A DNA stretch of 64,000 bases. Source: Isurus oxyrinchus. Its lineage: Eukaryota. The stretch spans positions 48,608,001 to 48,672,000 of the forward strand of contig JANJGN010000021.1 in NCBI GenBank assembly GCA_026770705.1, written 5' to 3'. Under the pieces are notes generated by a model that saw nothing but the letters and a program-made list of their open reading frames with translations, had not been told where the DNA came from and did not search any database. This document shows, piece after piece, positions 1 to 13,698 of the stretch. A program made the translations under genes and the position numbers. Positions within the stretch are counted from its first letter, which is position 1, and each line of letters begins with the position of its first letter.

Positions 1-190
1 CTTCTCACCATCTTGTCTCTGCACGCACCCCCTATGATGCCCAACACCAACAGGGCCGGATGGGACCGGACGATTACGCCCAGTGTATCAATAATCTTTC
101 TTCCCAAGGACAATCCCACAATGGTACAAGCAGCCAAAGGAAATACTCAGAGCCCCATCACTTGAAATCTTCAAGACCCTTCTTTAGATT
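1..190 (+). mobile_element. 3' end of a CR1/L2-group LINE ORF2 (remnant)
   Basis: Reads Y-Q-*-SFFPRTIPQWYKQPKEILRAPSLEIFK, matching the SFFPRTIxxWNxLP...SLxxFK C-terminus of non-LTR RT proteins. Confidence 0.6.
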
Positions 191-1354
191 ATTTCCATTT
201 AAAAGTTTTCATTATTAGGACTCCCTACTCAGCAGGCTAGTGCTACCCATATAAATGTTGGCAGAATGCGGGTATTAATTTGTGACGTCAGCATAACTGA
301 AGCAGAAAAGATTCACAAATGCATAATGGCAACTAGATATGTGAGCTTGGATCAGCCCCTTCAAGAAAGACAAAGAGAGGAAAAATATAGATTATCCACT
401 TCTTGGAATTAAATAGTAGAGCACAGCACCCTGTATTCAAAATGAAATTGTTCAAACTTTAAGTTAAATTAAAAATGTCAATTATTTACTGCCTGAGTCA
501 ACCATCTGTAGATTTTGCATGCTTTAACCTTCATTACATTGTGCTTCAGACAAAGTTATAAGTTATGTCCAGGTCTGAAACGCAACATAGGTTAACTGGA
601 AGGTGAACAGAGGAAATGTGCACTGAGAAGAAAATTCAACAGGAAATCAAGTGGAAATGATCAGAAGAATTAAAGATGCTTTACATTTGAGAAACACGGT
701 GGAAGAATGTCCAAAATAGCAAAGTTGTTCAGCCAGTGCAAATAAACTAGCGTGGAGGACAGTGCAATTTCATGAAAGAAAAGTAAAGTAGAAATGATGT
801 GCCTTTGAAGAATCAACACTGCTAAGAGATTAAGATCAGTTATCTTCACCTGGGAGCTCCATGTCCATTGAAGAAGAAAATAACACTATGGAGATGAAGC
901 AACTGTATTAGATAATGAGGGAATGATGAAGTGGAGCACTGGACAGGAAATGTAAATTCATCCATCAAGAAAAGTTATTGCAAGACAGTCATTTTTTACC
1001 ATTTTTTTTTATTTTTGAATGATTTCAGATGTGGTTTCAACATGTTAAGAAATTCAGTTGATCTCAGAATTACTAACAGGGAAATATAGTGCAGATAATA
1101 GATATGCATCAAATTTTCCCATGGGGCTAAACAAATAAGGGACTCCGTTATAAACCTTTAATAACTGAGAAACATTAGCCCCTATAAATATGGCAGCAAC
1201 CAGGCAACAACTATTGAATATTTTCATTTTAAATCAAACCAGCCAAAGTCTGTAGCATTGCACAAGGATCAAAACACTGTCAATGCTATTAATGTTACTT
1301 TTATAAATCTGTACTTCTACACAAAATCTGAGTGTAAAATGTTTTTTTTTTAAA

Positions 1355-1695
1355 TCAATTCATGGGAAGTGGGCATCAGTAGCAAAGCCAATATTTATTT
1401 CCTATTCCCATACAACTAAGTGCCATTTCAGAGGGCAGTTAAGAGTCACACATAAACCAGGCTGGGTAAGGGTGCAGATTTCCTTTCCTAAAGGGCAGCA
1501 GTGAGCCAGATGTGCTTTTGCTACAATCCAGTAGTTTCATGGTCACCATCACTGATACTAACTTTGCATTCAGATTTATTTAATGAACTGCATGATTATT
1601 GTCCCAGCAATTATGGTGAGATTTGAACTCATGCTTCAGTAGTCCAGGCTGTTGGATTACTAGTTCAATAACATAACCTCTATGCTACCTCACCC
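1355..1695 (-). mobile_element. tRNA-derived SINE with LINE-like tail (degraded)
   Basis: The left end is the reverse complement of the LINE tail at 12640-12700. The right end has B-box-like (gagttcaaatctc) and A-box-like motifs on the minus strand. Confidence 0.55.
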
Positions 1696-2594
1696 CATAT
1701 GGTAAAAATATTTATGACTGATGTTTAGTTCTTTATTGCCTTTCAATTCACATACATACATTCTTCTTACTGTTAAGACTTATAATTCACTATCCTTGGT
1801 CAGACCTCGAACCCAAATCATGGATCTGTCCTCTGTCACAGCCCATGGGTCAGTTCATCATCACAGCCCATGTTAATAGGAAAGAGGAAAGGGCGAAGAG
1901 TTGAATGGGCAGCTCATGCACCATTGCCCATTTTGCCTTACTGTTGAAGAAAATTTCACCTCCAATACTCCATCATAATTATCTGCATTGAGCATTTCAT
2001 AACAACCTGTAGTTTTCATTCCAGGTTCAAAAGTTACTCTCAACAAGCAGATAGTTGTCAGGAACACAAGCCAACATCCAAAAGGCATTCTTGTGGTGTT
2101 ATTCAACTTCGGTGGAGGCACAAAATCGGTCGTAATGGGTTGGCAACACAGTATCAACACCGACCAATTTTCCTTTGCATTGACTTCAATTAAAACAACA
2201 CTTCCATCTGCATTAAGAGTGTCACCTGCCACAATATCAACAGTGTTTGGACAGTTCGAGAACACAACAGAAAGTCTCATGAAGGCTCTTTTGATCTTGA
2301 CAACTGCTACTGAGAGTCATTGATCAAATATATTATGGACTATTTTGCACTTACAATGGCTCTTGTGTATATTCTGGAATGTGGTTTAGACTCCACCAAG
2401 TTTGGATTATTAGCCTGTAAGCTACTGGAAGTGATGTTATTATACAATGAATAATGCATTTGTGTGAAATTCCTCCCCATTTAAAACAGTTCACACCTCT
2501 GTTAAAGAAGGGAGATAGTTGATGGATACAAGCATCACTCACTATTGACTCCTGGCTTGTATTTTCATTACTTAGAATCTGAATAAGGTGATGT

Positions 2595-2745
2595 GGAGAT
2601 TTCTGGCTTCACCTTTTGCGCAATAATCTAGCGTAGTTGGTTATCCACCCTCTATAGAACCTCCCTTATTTTTATTCCATTGATGTCAATGGGCAAGTGA
2701 TCTGCTCCTTCAGATTACTGCCCAAGTGGTGAATATGAAATTCAA
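2595..2745. mobile_element. short palindromic MITE-like element
   Basis: Inverted arms ttcaccttttgcgcaataatct and agattactgcccaagtggtgaa flank an internal palindrome ccattgatgtcaatgg. Confidence 0.45.
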
Positions 2746-4189
2746 GCTCAGTGCCCCATAAGCAAGGCATCAATGAGATTGAAACGAGTAAGAGAAGTTG
2801 AGATAAGTCCAGGAACAGTGAGTGATTAGATGATATCAAGTTCTGGTTTTAAAATCTGTGTGGTAATGGTAGTGTGTCAATGCCTTATTAGTTACATTGT
2901 TAAGGTTTGTTAATGTTAATTACATTGTTAACATTTGTTAATGTCAATGATATTGTTAAGGAAAACAAGTGATAGGTATTTGAACACATATAAATAGGGG
3001 ATAGCTGGGGCACTGAGCAGAGGTGAGGTGTGTTGACACTGAACCAAGTCTATAAACTCTCTCAGCAAGGAAAGGCTCTGTATCTTAGTTTTGACTTCAG
3101 CAACTGGAGTGGATCCTGTTAACAGAGAGTAGAAAGAGGAAAAAAGGAAGACCACAGTAATAATGTCCTGCTAATGATTAAGGTGGATTATGAGATGGAA
3201 TGATGGGTCTTAATTCCAATTCACTGGGGATGACATTAGAAATGATTTAGTGTCACTGTAAACACTCATTTCTTGAACATCTTTTTAAAATGTGTGAGGC
3301 AGACATTTTTGTTAATCTAATTAATTATTGTATTCCCAATGACAGCATTGGTTCTTACACATTCTATACGACAATGGTGCTGCACATTAATTATTCTTGA
3401 GTGTTTTCCTCATTAACTGATCAAAGTCAAAATGTTTCTGCTGTTAGTGGAAAACTTGTAAAAAACAGTAAAAAAAATCTGTCCATATAAAGGAAGAAAA
3501 ATAAGGAAAAGTGAGTAATCAACAGGCATGAGTGAGTGAGAAGCTGTGACCTGGTGTCTCACTTATCGGCTACTAAAAGATTGCAGTGATTTTAAAACAA
3601 GGATGTTAAAAGGTGCATGGAACAGAATGGTAGGATATGTGAATCTTCCTTGGGATCATGACTCATAACATTGTTAACTAATAAATCAGTTTAAAACCAA
3701 GGCATCCTCAATCTAATTATACGACCATTTCCATTCATGACCCCCAGGTGCAGAAAGAAAACTTGTGGACCTGAGGGATGCGACTGCTTCAACCAGGAGG
3801 GATCTGTTATAGTTCTTCATTATTTAGCAACAATGTCAGAACAATTGCATTATTTCAATGCCTTTTGGGAGGAATAAATCAAAAGGAAGAATGTGCTCAA
3901 TCAGCCCATGAAAAAATGTTTGATTGTATTCCAGATACGATGTTTTATTTTACAAAAAACTTGAAGGGTGAGAAATCAATTTGCGTAAATTTTTCTTGAG
4001 TTTCTGAAGGCAGGCAGTGCCATACGGGCTGCTGTCTGTGCAGCCCAAATGGCGATCAGCACTGATATGGGTGGCAGTGACCCTGGGTCAGCAGCACCCA
4101 GAGAGAGAGGCTGCAGAGAGGGCAAGCTCTGTGCCATGCCTCTACCAACTTGGACTCCTCTATGATCCTCAACAGTGATAGGAGGCTGT

Positions 4190-5570
4190 CTGTGGAGGGA
4201 GTGAATGTTTGTGGATGTGGGGCCAATCAAGCAGCTGCTTTGTCTTGGATGGTGTCCAGCTTATTGAGTGTTGTGAGAGCTGTGCTCATCCAGGCAAGTG
4301 GGGAGTTTCCATCACATTCCTGACTTGTGCCTTGTAGATGGTGGACAGGCTTTTGAGAGTCAGGAGATGAATTCTCATTGCATGATTCCTAGTCTCTGAC
4401 CTGCTTTTGTAGACACAGTATTTATATGGCTAGCCCTGTTCAGTTTCTGGTCAATCCGGATGTTGATAGTGGGGATTTCAGCGATGGTAATGCCATTAAA
4501 TATCAAGGGGCGATGGTTGGATTCTCTTTTGCTGGAGATGGTCATTGCCTGGCACTTGTGTGGCATGAATGTTACTTGCCACTTATCAGCCCAAGCCTGG
4601 ATATTGTCCAGGTCTTGCTGCAATTGGACATGGATTGCTTCAGTATCTGAGGAGTTAGCGAACATCCCTACTTCTGACCTTATAAAGGAAGGAAGGTCAT
4701 TGAAGAAACAGCTGAAGATAGTTGGGCTGAGGACACAACATCCTAAGGAACTCCTGCACTGATGTCCTGGAGCTGAGATGACTGACCTCCAACAGCTATC
4801 TTCCTTTATGCTAGGTATGACTCCAACCAGCGGAGACTTTTTCCCCGATTCCCATTGACTCCAATTCTGCTAGGGCTTCTTGATGCCACACTCAGTCAAA
4901 TGATACCTTGATGTCAAGGGCAATCACTCTCACCTCACCTCAGGAATTCAGCTCTTTTGTCCATGTTTGAACCAAGGCTGCAATGAGGTCAGGAGCTGAG
5001 TGGCACTGGTGGAACCCAAACTGGGCATGAGTGAGCAGGTTATTGCTAAGCAAGTGCCGCTTGATAGCACTGTTGATGACCCCTTTCATTACTTTACTGA
5101 TGATTGAGAGTAGACTAACGGGGTGGTAATTGGCCGTGTTGGATTTGTCCTGATTTTTGTGTACAGGCCATGCCTGGGCAATTTTCCACATAGCTGGGTA
5201 GATGCCAGTGTTGTAGCTGTACTGGAACAGCTTGGCTAGGAGCGCAGCAAGTTCCAGAGCACAAGTCTTCGGTACTATTGCTGGAAATATTGTCAGGGCC
5301 CAAAGCCTTCACAGAATCCAGTGCCATTTCTTGATATCACATAGAGTGCATCAAATTGGTTGAAGGGTAGCATCTGTGATGCTGGGGACATTTGGAGGAG
5401 GCTGAGATGGATCATCCACTAGGCACTTCTGGCTGAAGGTTGTTGCAAATGCTTCAGCCTTATCTTTTGCACTGATGTGCTGGGCTCCTCCATCATTGAG
5501 AATGGGGATATTTGTGGAGCCTCCCCTCCGGTGAGTTTAATTTCTACCACCATTCACGACTGGATGTGTA
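4190..5570 (-). mobile_element. CR1/L2-group LINE, reverse transcriptase region (frameshifted)
   Basis: ORFs WKIAQAWPVHKNQDKSNTANYHPVSLLSIISKV...QFGFHQCHSAPDL and LQQDLDNIQAWADKWQVTF. Same family as 11495-12720. Confidence 0.9.
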
Positions 5571-6402
5571 CCTTGATCGGAATGGGCACAGGCACATCAC
5601 TGACTATGGTCCCCACACCCAAAAATCAGGGCGATTGAATTTCTTACCCAAAGTTAACCTGAGGAAAGTAGTGCACAAATCACACAAGAATACTTGAACT
5701 GGGGAACACTTGAAACAATTGAATCAAAACAGGGTAAATATTCCAGTCTCAACACTCAACCATCCTTTATCTTCGCAGCAAAAGCCTCTGTTAATGAACA
5801 AATGGAAGCAGCTCAACAAGAATTGGTTAATGTATGAAATGATAGGAATATAACGATTTCCTTCAATTCTAATTTTGAAGTTCAGTTCTTAACCATCAGG
5901 CAAGAAGTGCTTCCTAGTATTCCACTGTTAGTTTCCTGGCTATCAGCACGTCGGCATGAATCAGTGATCATCAAATCCAAAACTGTGCATCTCCCAAGTT
6001 CAGGTGAATTAGTTATCAGACTATCTGAATGCCCCATTAACAGTTCCAGGCTGATGGCTGTTGGAGACAAATCACCATATCTGGTTAAGTGCTGCAACAG
6101 CAAATGTTAGTGCCCCAAAGACACCAACAAAAATGCTTTGGCTTCAAAGTGGTGACGAGTGGATAAAAGCCGGGAAACTAGGCATTTCTTGTGCTACCAA
6201 ACATCAGAAATCTGATGAAAAGTAAGGAGATGAACTCACTCACTCAGACATACATACTCCAGGGCAGGATGCTAGGAAAAGACTTGGCTGATTTGCAACC
6301 CACCTCTTATCCCTAGCCTCCAATAACACTCTTGCGTTCCCATATTATATCAATATTTCTATGGCTATTGCCTCCCTGAACTTTTCTGATTTGCTTCTTT
6401 TA

Positions 6403-7036
6403 GGACAGAGTTTTTAGTTCAGCGGGTGTCCATGATCGGCGGGCCCAGGAGCGGCCGGAGAACGGACCCCCGAATACAATTGGTCCCGACCGCGACTGAA
6501 AGGTTCAGCGCTGCCGGGGTGCGAGCAGGAGGAGGGCGAGTGCCGAAGTCAGCACAGGCGCGGGAGAGCATGGAATGAAAGCTCCCTGAAGGCAGAGAGC
6601 TGCCTCAGGGAGCTGAAGAATTTAAATGCAATAAAAATAGATTTTAAAATCCAGAAAAAAATGTCATGCATCAGAATCAGTCACCTGAACATATACAAGA
6701 TGAAAATTCTGTCCATACATTTTTTTTTATTTGACACCCTCCCGCCTGTGGATGAGGTTTCCTGAAAAATGCAAAGGATGCCTAGCCTATTCGCCCACCC
6801 GCTAACCACAACATTGGATGGGCAATGAAAAAATCGCCATTATTTACAACTTTAATGTCCTTAATGAACCTCTTACTTATCGTTGGGGGGCGCTTCCAAC
6901 CCTCGTGCGTGCCAGACGACTGAAAAATTGCACAAATGTGCAATGATGTCAGGACGCTCGTCTGACATCATCATGTGCTATTTCACGCTCGAGTGAGTCA
7001 AGTGTGCACCTGCACACCGAGTGAAAAATTCTGTCC
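6403..7036. mobile_element. PIF/Harbinger-type MITE
   Basis: TIRs ggacagagttttt and aaaaattctgtcc with a 3-bp TSD TTA (6400-6402 and 7037-7039). No coding capacity. Confidence 0.85.
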
Positions 7037-8309
7037 TTAAACTCTGAGCCAATAATACCCCTCCACTTTTTTGGCATTGATGTTAAGACTGAACACACCA
7101 TCTCCCACTGGATTGTATTGTTTTCCGGGGCACAAAACTACAGAGTTCCTTGCCTTCTCCACTCTGCCTTTCCATCTTGAATTATAATTTTTAGTACCCA
7201 GGCTTGGCATTACCTAACCACTATTTCAGAATTTGTCTGGCCTCCGCTCAGCTTTCAGCTTTGGTGTAGTTCTAGACAAATGAAGGGAAAAAAAATCTCA
7301 CAATATATATTTTACAAAAATAACAAAATACAGGGACTGATTTCAATACAATGATCTCAACTGTGGGTCTGGATGGCAATTGTAAATCACTTTTGCAGTT
7401 TATACCATCATTCCAACCTTTAGATCATGGCTTGTAATCACTCCTGGGCATTATATTTTACATGGAAATCATCCGAAAGCCTATTACATTACAGCCTGCA
7501 AATTACTTCCAGACAAGATTTATACTCACTTTAATTTCTACTTATAAAAGCTTTCAGGAACATACATTAAACAGATCAAAAGACAGTTGAAATGTTTCTA
7601 AAAGTGAGACTCTTTCCCTCCACAAACCATAACAAAAATTAATTCTAGACTGTATTATTCAGCACTGCTCTGTAATTGGCTCTAATCTACCTTGAATCAA
7701 AGCTTTTTTCACTTAGATCTTCCTGTTAGCAGTGAAACTTGTCCCATTTGTGAATGGGTTTCATCACTGATAACAGTTGCTACCAGGCCCTATTTCTTAC
7801 TGGTGCTACTGATACACTGTAAGAGGCAAAGTAAAGCAGCTATCAATCCTTTATATTTAAGGATGCAATTTCCACTGTTGACCAGCTCCATAGAGTTTCT
7901 CAGGAGTGGTGCAACATAATTCCTGGAAGATTGATGTGTCACAGGTCTGTGGTCCACTATTCTCCTGATTTCAATCATGAAATTATGGGGAGTTGTCAAG
8001 CGGAAACCAAACAACCTCTTCCCCAACAGGGAGAAGGCAGAAAAAACTGTTGTGGTTGTGGTGTGTTATAGGTCACTCAGGGAATCCACAATGCTGTGGC
8101 AACATGCACTTTTACATGTATGCGATAGTTTGGAGCTACGGACAGTGATTGTGAAGGCTCCAACTTTCTTTGCATTACATATATGACCAGGAATCTCTCT
8201 CACTTTTGCCACCTACCATTGGCGTGCATTGGAAAAATTTGTACGTTGATAACCAGCTTGTTTGGCCGCCTCACAAATTCACCTTCCTTGGGCATCTAGT
8301 CCTGGGATG

Positions 8310-8600
8310 GGAGATGAGCCCTTTGATCCTGTTCCATCATTCAATAAGCTCAATGGTCTATTGGTGTCTTAACTCCGTCCACTTTGGTTCCCTGATTCCT
8401 TGCTTAAAAAAAAAATAATCTCAGTTTTGAAATTGTGATAGCCTAGCCTGTACAGCTTTTTGGGGCAAAAGTTTCAGATCTCCAATAGCCTTTGTGTGAA
8501 GAATGCTTTCTGATATCACCCCTGAATGACCTAGCTCTAATTTTAAGGTTATGTTCTTTATTTTGTACTTTTGTACCAAATGAAATAGCTCCTCTCTATC
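8310..8600 (-). mobile_element. CR1 LINE 3' tail fragment
   Basis: Similar to the CR1 3' end at 20770-21100; minus reading LKLELGHSGVISESILHTKAIGDLKLLPQKAV. Confidence 0.6.
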
Positions 8601-8601
8601 T

Positions 8602-9287
8602 AAACAGAAAATGCTGGAAAAACTCAGCAGGTCTGGCATCATCTGTGGATAGAGAAACAAAGTTAACATTTCAAGTCCGTATGACTCTTCTTCAGGGCTG
8701 AAGTGAAGTAAAATAGTGATGGATTTTTTACTGCTTAAGATGGGGTGGAGCAAAATAGAAGGTCAGGGATAGTTGGGAGTTCAGAATAGATTGACAAAGA
8801 TGTAATAGACATAAAACAAAGGGGATGTTAATGGTAGATAAAGACTAAAGAAGGTGCTAATAATGGCATAAAGGTAAGATAGCAGAATGTGTTAATAGCA
8901 GGACAAGAGTCAGCAGCCTGAAAGCACAACATAGAAGCAAGGGACAGAAGGCCCTGTGGAGAGTAGGGTGGGTTGTGGAAAGGGTAAAAAAAATTTTAAA
9001 AATGAATGAATAAATAAAAATAAATAAAAAATAAAAATAAAAAAATGGATTAAAAAAGGGATGACAATAGAGGAGAGAGTTCTTGGTCTGAAGCTGTTGA
9101 ACTCAATGTTAAGTCTGGAAGGCTGTAAAGTGCCTAATAAGATCAGGTGCTGTTCCCTCAGTTTGCGTTGGGCTTCACTGGAACATTGCAGCAGGCCAAG
9201 GATGGACATGTGGGCATGAAAACAAGATGGTGTGTTGAGATGGGAAGCAACTGGAAGGTCTGGGTCATGCTTGCGCACTGAACAAAG
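8602..9287 (-). mobile_element. Penelope-like element 3' part (GIY-YIG C-terminus plus 3' UTR), left arm of an inverted pair
   Basis: ORF SVRKHDPDLPVASHLNTPSCFHAHMSILGLLQCSSEAQRKLREQHLI...LGTLQPSRLNIEF; hammerhead-like motif at 8661-8699. Confidence 0.9.
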
Positions 9288-10180
9288 CTCCACCCCTCCA
9301 TTACCCCCAACTTCTCATCTTCTTCCCATGCAATCACAGAAGGTGTAACACCTGCCCCTTTACCTCCTCCCTCCTCCAAGGCTCCAAACATTCCTTTCAG
9401 GTGAAGCAGTGCTTCATTTGCACCTCCTTCAATTTGGTCACCTGCATCTGCTGCTCTCCTCTACACTGGGGAGACTAAATGCAGACAGGGTGACCGCTTT
9501 GCAGAACACCTTCGCTCAGTCCACAAGCATGACCCAGACCTTCCTGTCGCTTGCCATTTCAACATATCATCTTATTTTTATGCCCACATGTCCATCCTTG
9601 GCCTACTACAATGTTCCAGTGAAGCTCAACACAAACTGGAGGAACGGCACTTTACAGCCTTCCAGACTTAACATTGAGTTCAACAACTTCAGACCAAGAA
9701 CTCTCATCTCCATCCTCACCCCTTCTTAATCCAATTTTAAAAAAATTATTCTATTTTAAATTTTTATTTATTTATTCATTTTTTAAAAAATCCTTCCGTG
9801 CCCCACCCCCAACAGGTCCACCTGTCACTTTTTATGTTGTGCTTTCACAGAACGCTGACCTTTGTTTTCCTATTAACACATTCTGCTCTTACCTTTATGC
9901 AACTATCAGCACCTTCTTTAGCCTTTAACACTACCATTAATACTCTCTTTGTCTTGTGCCCATGTCGTCCTCGCCAAACTCTCCTGAGCTCCCAACTATC
10001 CCTGATCTTCTATTTTGCTCCACCTGCTCCATCCCCTATAAACAGTATAAAACCTATCACATTTCTACTTCTTTTAGCTCTGAAGAAGAGTCATATGGAC
10101 TCAAAACATTGACTCTATTTCTCTCTACACAGATGCTTCTGGACCTGCGGAGCTTTTCCAGCATTTTCTGTTCCTATTTC
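9288..10180 (+). mobile_element. Penelope-like element 3' part (GIY-YIG plus 3' UTR), right arm of an inverted pair
   Basis: Encodes LYTGETKCRQGDRFAEHLRSV...DLPVACHFN...LQPSRLNIEFNNFR (GIY-YIG of PLEs); hammerhead-like motif at 10076-10114. Confidence 0.9.
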
Positions 10181-11494
10181 TTACAATACCAGTTACTTAG
10201 TTAGAGTTGTGTGCCAGAGGTTATTCCCAGGTGGTCAGTCCACTGAACTACTTCTTCTACACGACTTCTGGTGACTGACCAAGTCAAGTTTTCCTGGCTG
10301 CAGCAACAATGCCCTTGTGGGCTGTGATTTTAGACCCATTTCTGACCCTCTTGACTTATAAGATAATATATCAAATTGGGTCATCTGATTTCAGTGCCTT
10401 ATCAATCCCACCAAGGCTGTGCAAGACCCCATGTGCATGTGGGTATTTCCAACTCTCAGCAGAGGGGTGTCATCAGGTGCATACTGGTGATAGATGTAGT
10501 ATTTGCATCTTGATAAGGCAGGAAGAAAGCCATTCATACATATCTAGAGAGACCACAGTCTATGAGAGCTATTGTAGACAGGGTGTCTGGTGAGCTACCA
10601 CCTCAGTGACATGCCCTGACATTTCTGTGTGCATGTGATTCTGTTTAGTTGGAATTTTCATAAAGTTCAATCTGAGCCTCAGCGATGATGTCTTCAGTCA
10701 GAATTCTTCTTTCTTCGTTCCCATGTCCTCCACACTCCATGCTGCTACCACCTAGTGTTGAGCTTCACACACTGGTCCACACCGCAAATAGTTATATTTT
10801 ACTCATAAATAGAAATATAAGACTATTAAAAATGCTTTACAGTGTAACAGGAATACACAAAACTTCAAAATGTCTTAGCTCAGAGTGATTGAGAGACAAA
10901 AGGACTGCAGCATCTGTGTTACTTAGATTAGATTTAGATTTTGAAAACAATCGTGCATCTATTTTTTTCCCAAAAAACGGTGAAGAATGACTTTCTTCAC
11001 CTAGAGCAGAACACCAGTGCTTCTCTGATGTTCTCGTAGAGGTTTTGAGTTTGTTTTTCCAAATGGCACCAAATAGGCTTGAGATTAAATTTAACAGGTA
11101 GTTTTAAGTACAAAATTCACACAAAAATACTTTTCTAAACCTGGCATCTAGCTCAGAGAGAAAAACGCAGAGACAGAGGAGATGATTGCAGTAACTTGTC
11201 ATTTCTTTCAAATTATAAGTTATTGTTTATGGAAATACTGTAGATTATTAAACATCTATGATATTAATTCACAAAGTTACAGTGGATAAAGGAAATACTA
11301 GCTTCTTTATTTTCAGGAACCAATCATTGAATGATTGTTTTATTGTTCCTGAGCAGAATTACTTGGAACATCGTTCCAAAATCTTTGACTAATGTGCACT
11401 CCTCCCTCACCTCCATATGGCAGCAGCATACCAACTAAGTAGATCAATACAGATTACTCGCTCAGTTTGGGTTCCACTAGAGTCACTCATTTTT

Positions 11495-12720
11495 TGACCT
11501 CATTAGAGCCTTGGTTCAAACATGGGCAAAAAAGCTGAACTCCAGAGGTGAGGTGAGAGTGACTGCCCTTGACATCAAGGCCGCAATTGACCGAGTGTGG
11601 CATCAAGGAGCTTGAGCAAAGCTGGAGTCAATGGGAATCAGGGGGAAAATGTTGGTTGGAGTCAAACCTAGCACAAAGGAACGTGGTTGTGGTTGTTGGT
11701 GGTCAATCTTCTCATCACTGCACATCACTGGAGTTCCTCAGAGTAGTGTCCTCGGCCCTACCATCTTCAGCTGCTTCATCAATGACCTGCCTTCCATCAT
11801 AACGTCAGAAGTGGGGATGTTCGCTGATGATTGCACAATGTTCAGCACCACTTGCAACTCCTCAGATACTGAAACAGTCCATGTCTAAATGCTACAAAAC
11901 TGGGACAATATTCAGGCTTAGGCTGACAAGTAGCAAGTAACATTCACGCCACACAAGTGCCAAGCAATGACCATCTCCAACAAGAAAGAATCTAACCATC
12001 ACCACTTGAGGTCCAGTGGCATTACCATCACTGAATCCCCTGCTGTCAACATCCTGTGGGTTACCATTGACCAAAAACTGAACTGTACTATCCATATAAA
12101 TACAATGGCTATAAGAGCAGGTGATTGACTAGGAGTCCTGTGTGAGTAATTCATCTCCTGACTCCCCAAAGCCTGACCACAACCTACAAGGCACAAGTCA
12201 GGAGTGTGATGGAATACTCCCCACTTGCCTGGATGAGTGCAGCTCCCACAACACTCAAGAAGCTTGACGTCATCCAGGGCAAAGCAACCCGCTTGATTGG
12301 CACCACATCCACAAACATTCACTCCCTCCATCACTGATGAACAGTGGCAGCAGTGTGTATCATCAACGAGATGCATTGCAGAAACTCACCAAGGATCCTT
12401 AGGCAGCAGCTTCCAGGCCCAAGACCGCTACCATCTAGAAGGACAAGGACAGCAGATAGATGGGAACACCACCACCCAGATGTTCCCCTCCAAGCCACTC
12501 ACCATCATATCTTGGAAATCTATCACCATTCCTTCACTGTTGCTGGGACAAAATCCTGGAACTCCTTCCCTAACAGTACTGTGGGTGTACCTACACAATA
12601 GGGATTGCAGCGGTTCAAGAATATAGCTCACCACCACCTTCTCAAGGGCAGTTAGGGATGGACAATAAATGTTGGCCTAGCCAGCGATGCCTGCATCCCA
12701 TAAATAAATAATAAAATAAA
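11495..12720 (+). mobile_element. CR1/L2-group LINE, 5'-truncated, RT through 3' tail
   Basis: GVPQSSVLGPTIFSCFINDL...MFADDCT RT motifs; ends in a (TAAA)n-like tail near 12700-12720. Confidence 0.92.
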
Positions 12721-12741
12721 ATTACAGAGACTCAGAGGAGG

Positions 12742-13058
12742 GAGGCCTTGTGGTGCAGTGGGTAGTGTCCCTGCCTCTAAGCTGGAAGCTCCAGTTTTGA
12801 GTTCTGCCTCAGGACTTAATGAACAAGGAAGGTACGTTCATAATGCAGCCAAACAGATTGAGTATCAACCTGCAAATTCTTCCAATACATGACAATGGTA
12901 GGTAAGAGTGGGAGAGATTCCTGGGCAGCCACCTGATGGAAAGAATGCTGGAGCCTCTGCTTTTACAGTTCCTAGCTCCAGAAGACAATGTGCATGTAAA
13001 AGTATATGTTACCACAGTAGTTTGGCTCCCTGAGTGAAGAATAACCCTCCATCATCAT
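12742..13058 (+). mobile_element. tRNA-derived SINE
   Basis: Head tggtgcagtgggtagtg (A box) with a degraded B box; a second head copy is at 63770-63872. Confidence 0.6.
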
Positions 13059-13698
13059 ATTGGTTCAGTTGCCAGAGAGAAATCTACTTGTTAGTTTTAT
13101 TAATGTTAACAGAGAGTTCAAGCAAGTTGTAAGTCTATATACTTACTACTGGGATATGCATTGGGTCTTTGAATTACTAACCAATCCAGGCAAGTTCTCA
13201 CCATGGAACACCAAAGAATTACTAAAAGTGAGCCTATTTATGTACCATGGTGGACAACGTCAGATGACTTGTTTTGAACCTATCAATGTGATCTTTGTGT
13301 CATTTGCTACTACACTAGTCAATGGTAATGTCGTATGTGGAATGTAAATATTGCTTATGTTGAAGATAAGACAATTTTGCATTGTTATAAAATGGCACCT
13401 TACCAGCTGAAACCTAGATTTGTCTCCAAATTGGCTATAATTCTTACACAACCTTTTGTTATGCTTCTTAAATTGCATGAATTTGACACTTCCTATTTAT
13501 TTAACATACCCCTCCAAAATCCTAATGAATTAATCTATACTGTGTGTCACTCATCACCACACATTCTCATAATACAACAGTAGTAATAATAACTTCTATA
13601 TTGTCAAGCTATTTTTCTTGTTATGTAGTATCCTATACTAAGCACCCCTCAAACTTGCCCTTTTATTACCACTGACCCACAGCAGGCATCATTGTCTC

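Noticed and set aside
283-290. CRE palindrome TGACGTCA (also near 27763)
   Set aside because: An 8-mer expected by chance in 64 kb, with no promoter context.
3749-3880. Acceptor-like site followed by short open frames
   Set aside because: No recognisable protein and a weak polypyrimidine tract.
5882-8026. Short ORFs at 5882-6110 and 7692-8026
   Set aside because: No domain similarity or convincing splice signals; their lengths are expected by chance.
12742-12815. tRNA gene (also 63770-63840)
   Set aside because: The cloverleaf is degenerate and followed by a shared SINE body, so it is a SINE head.
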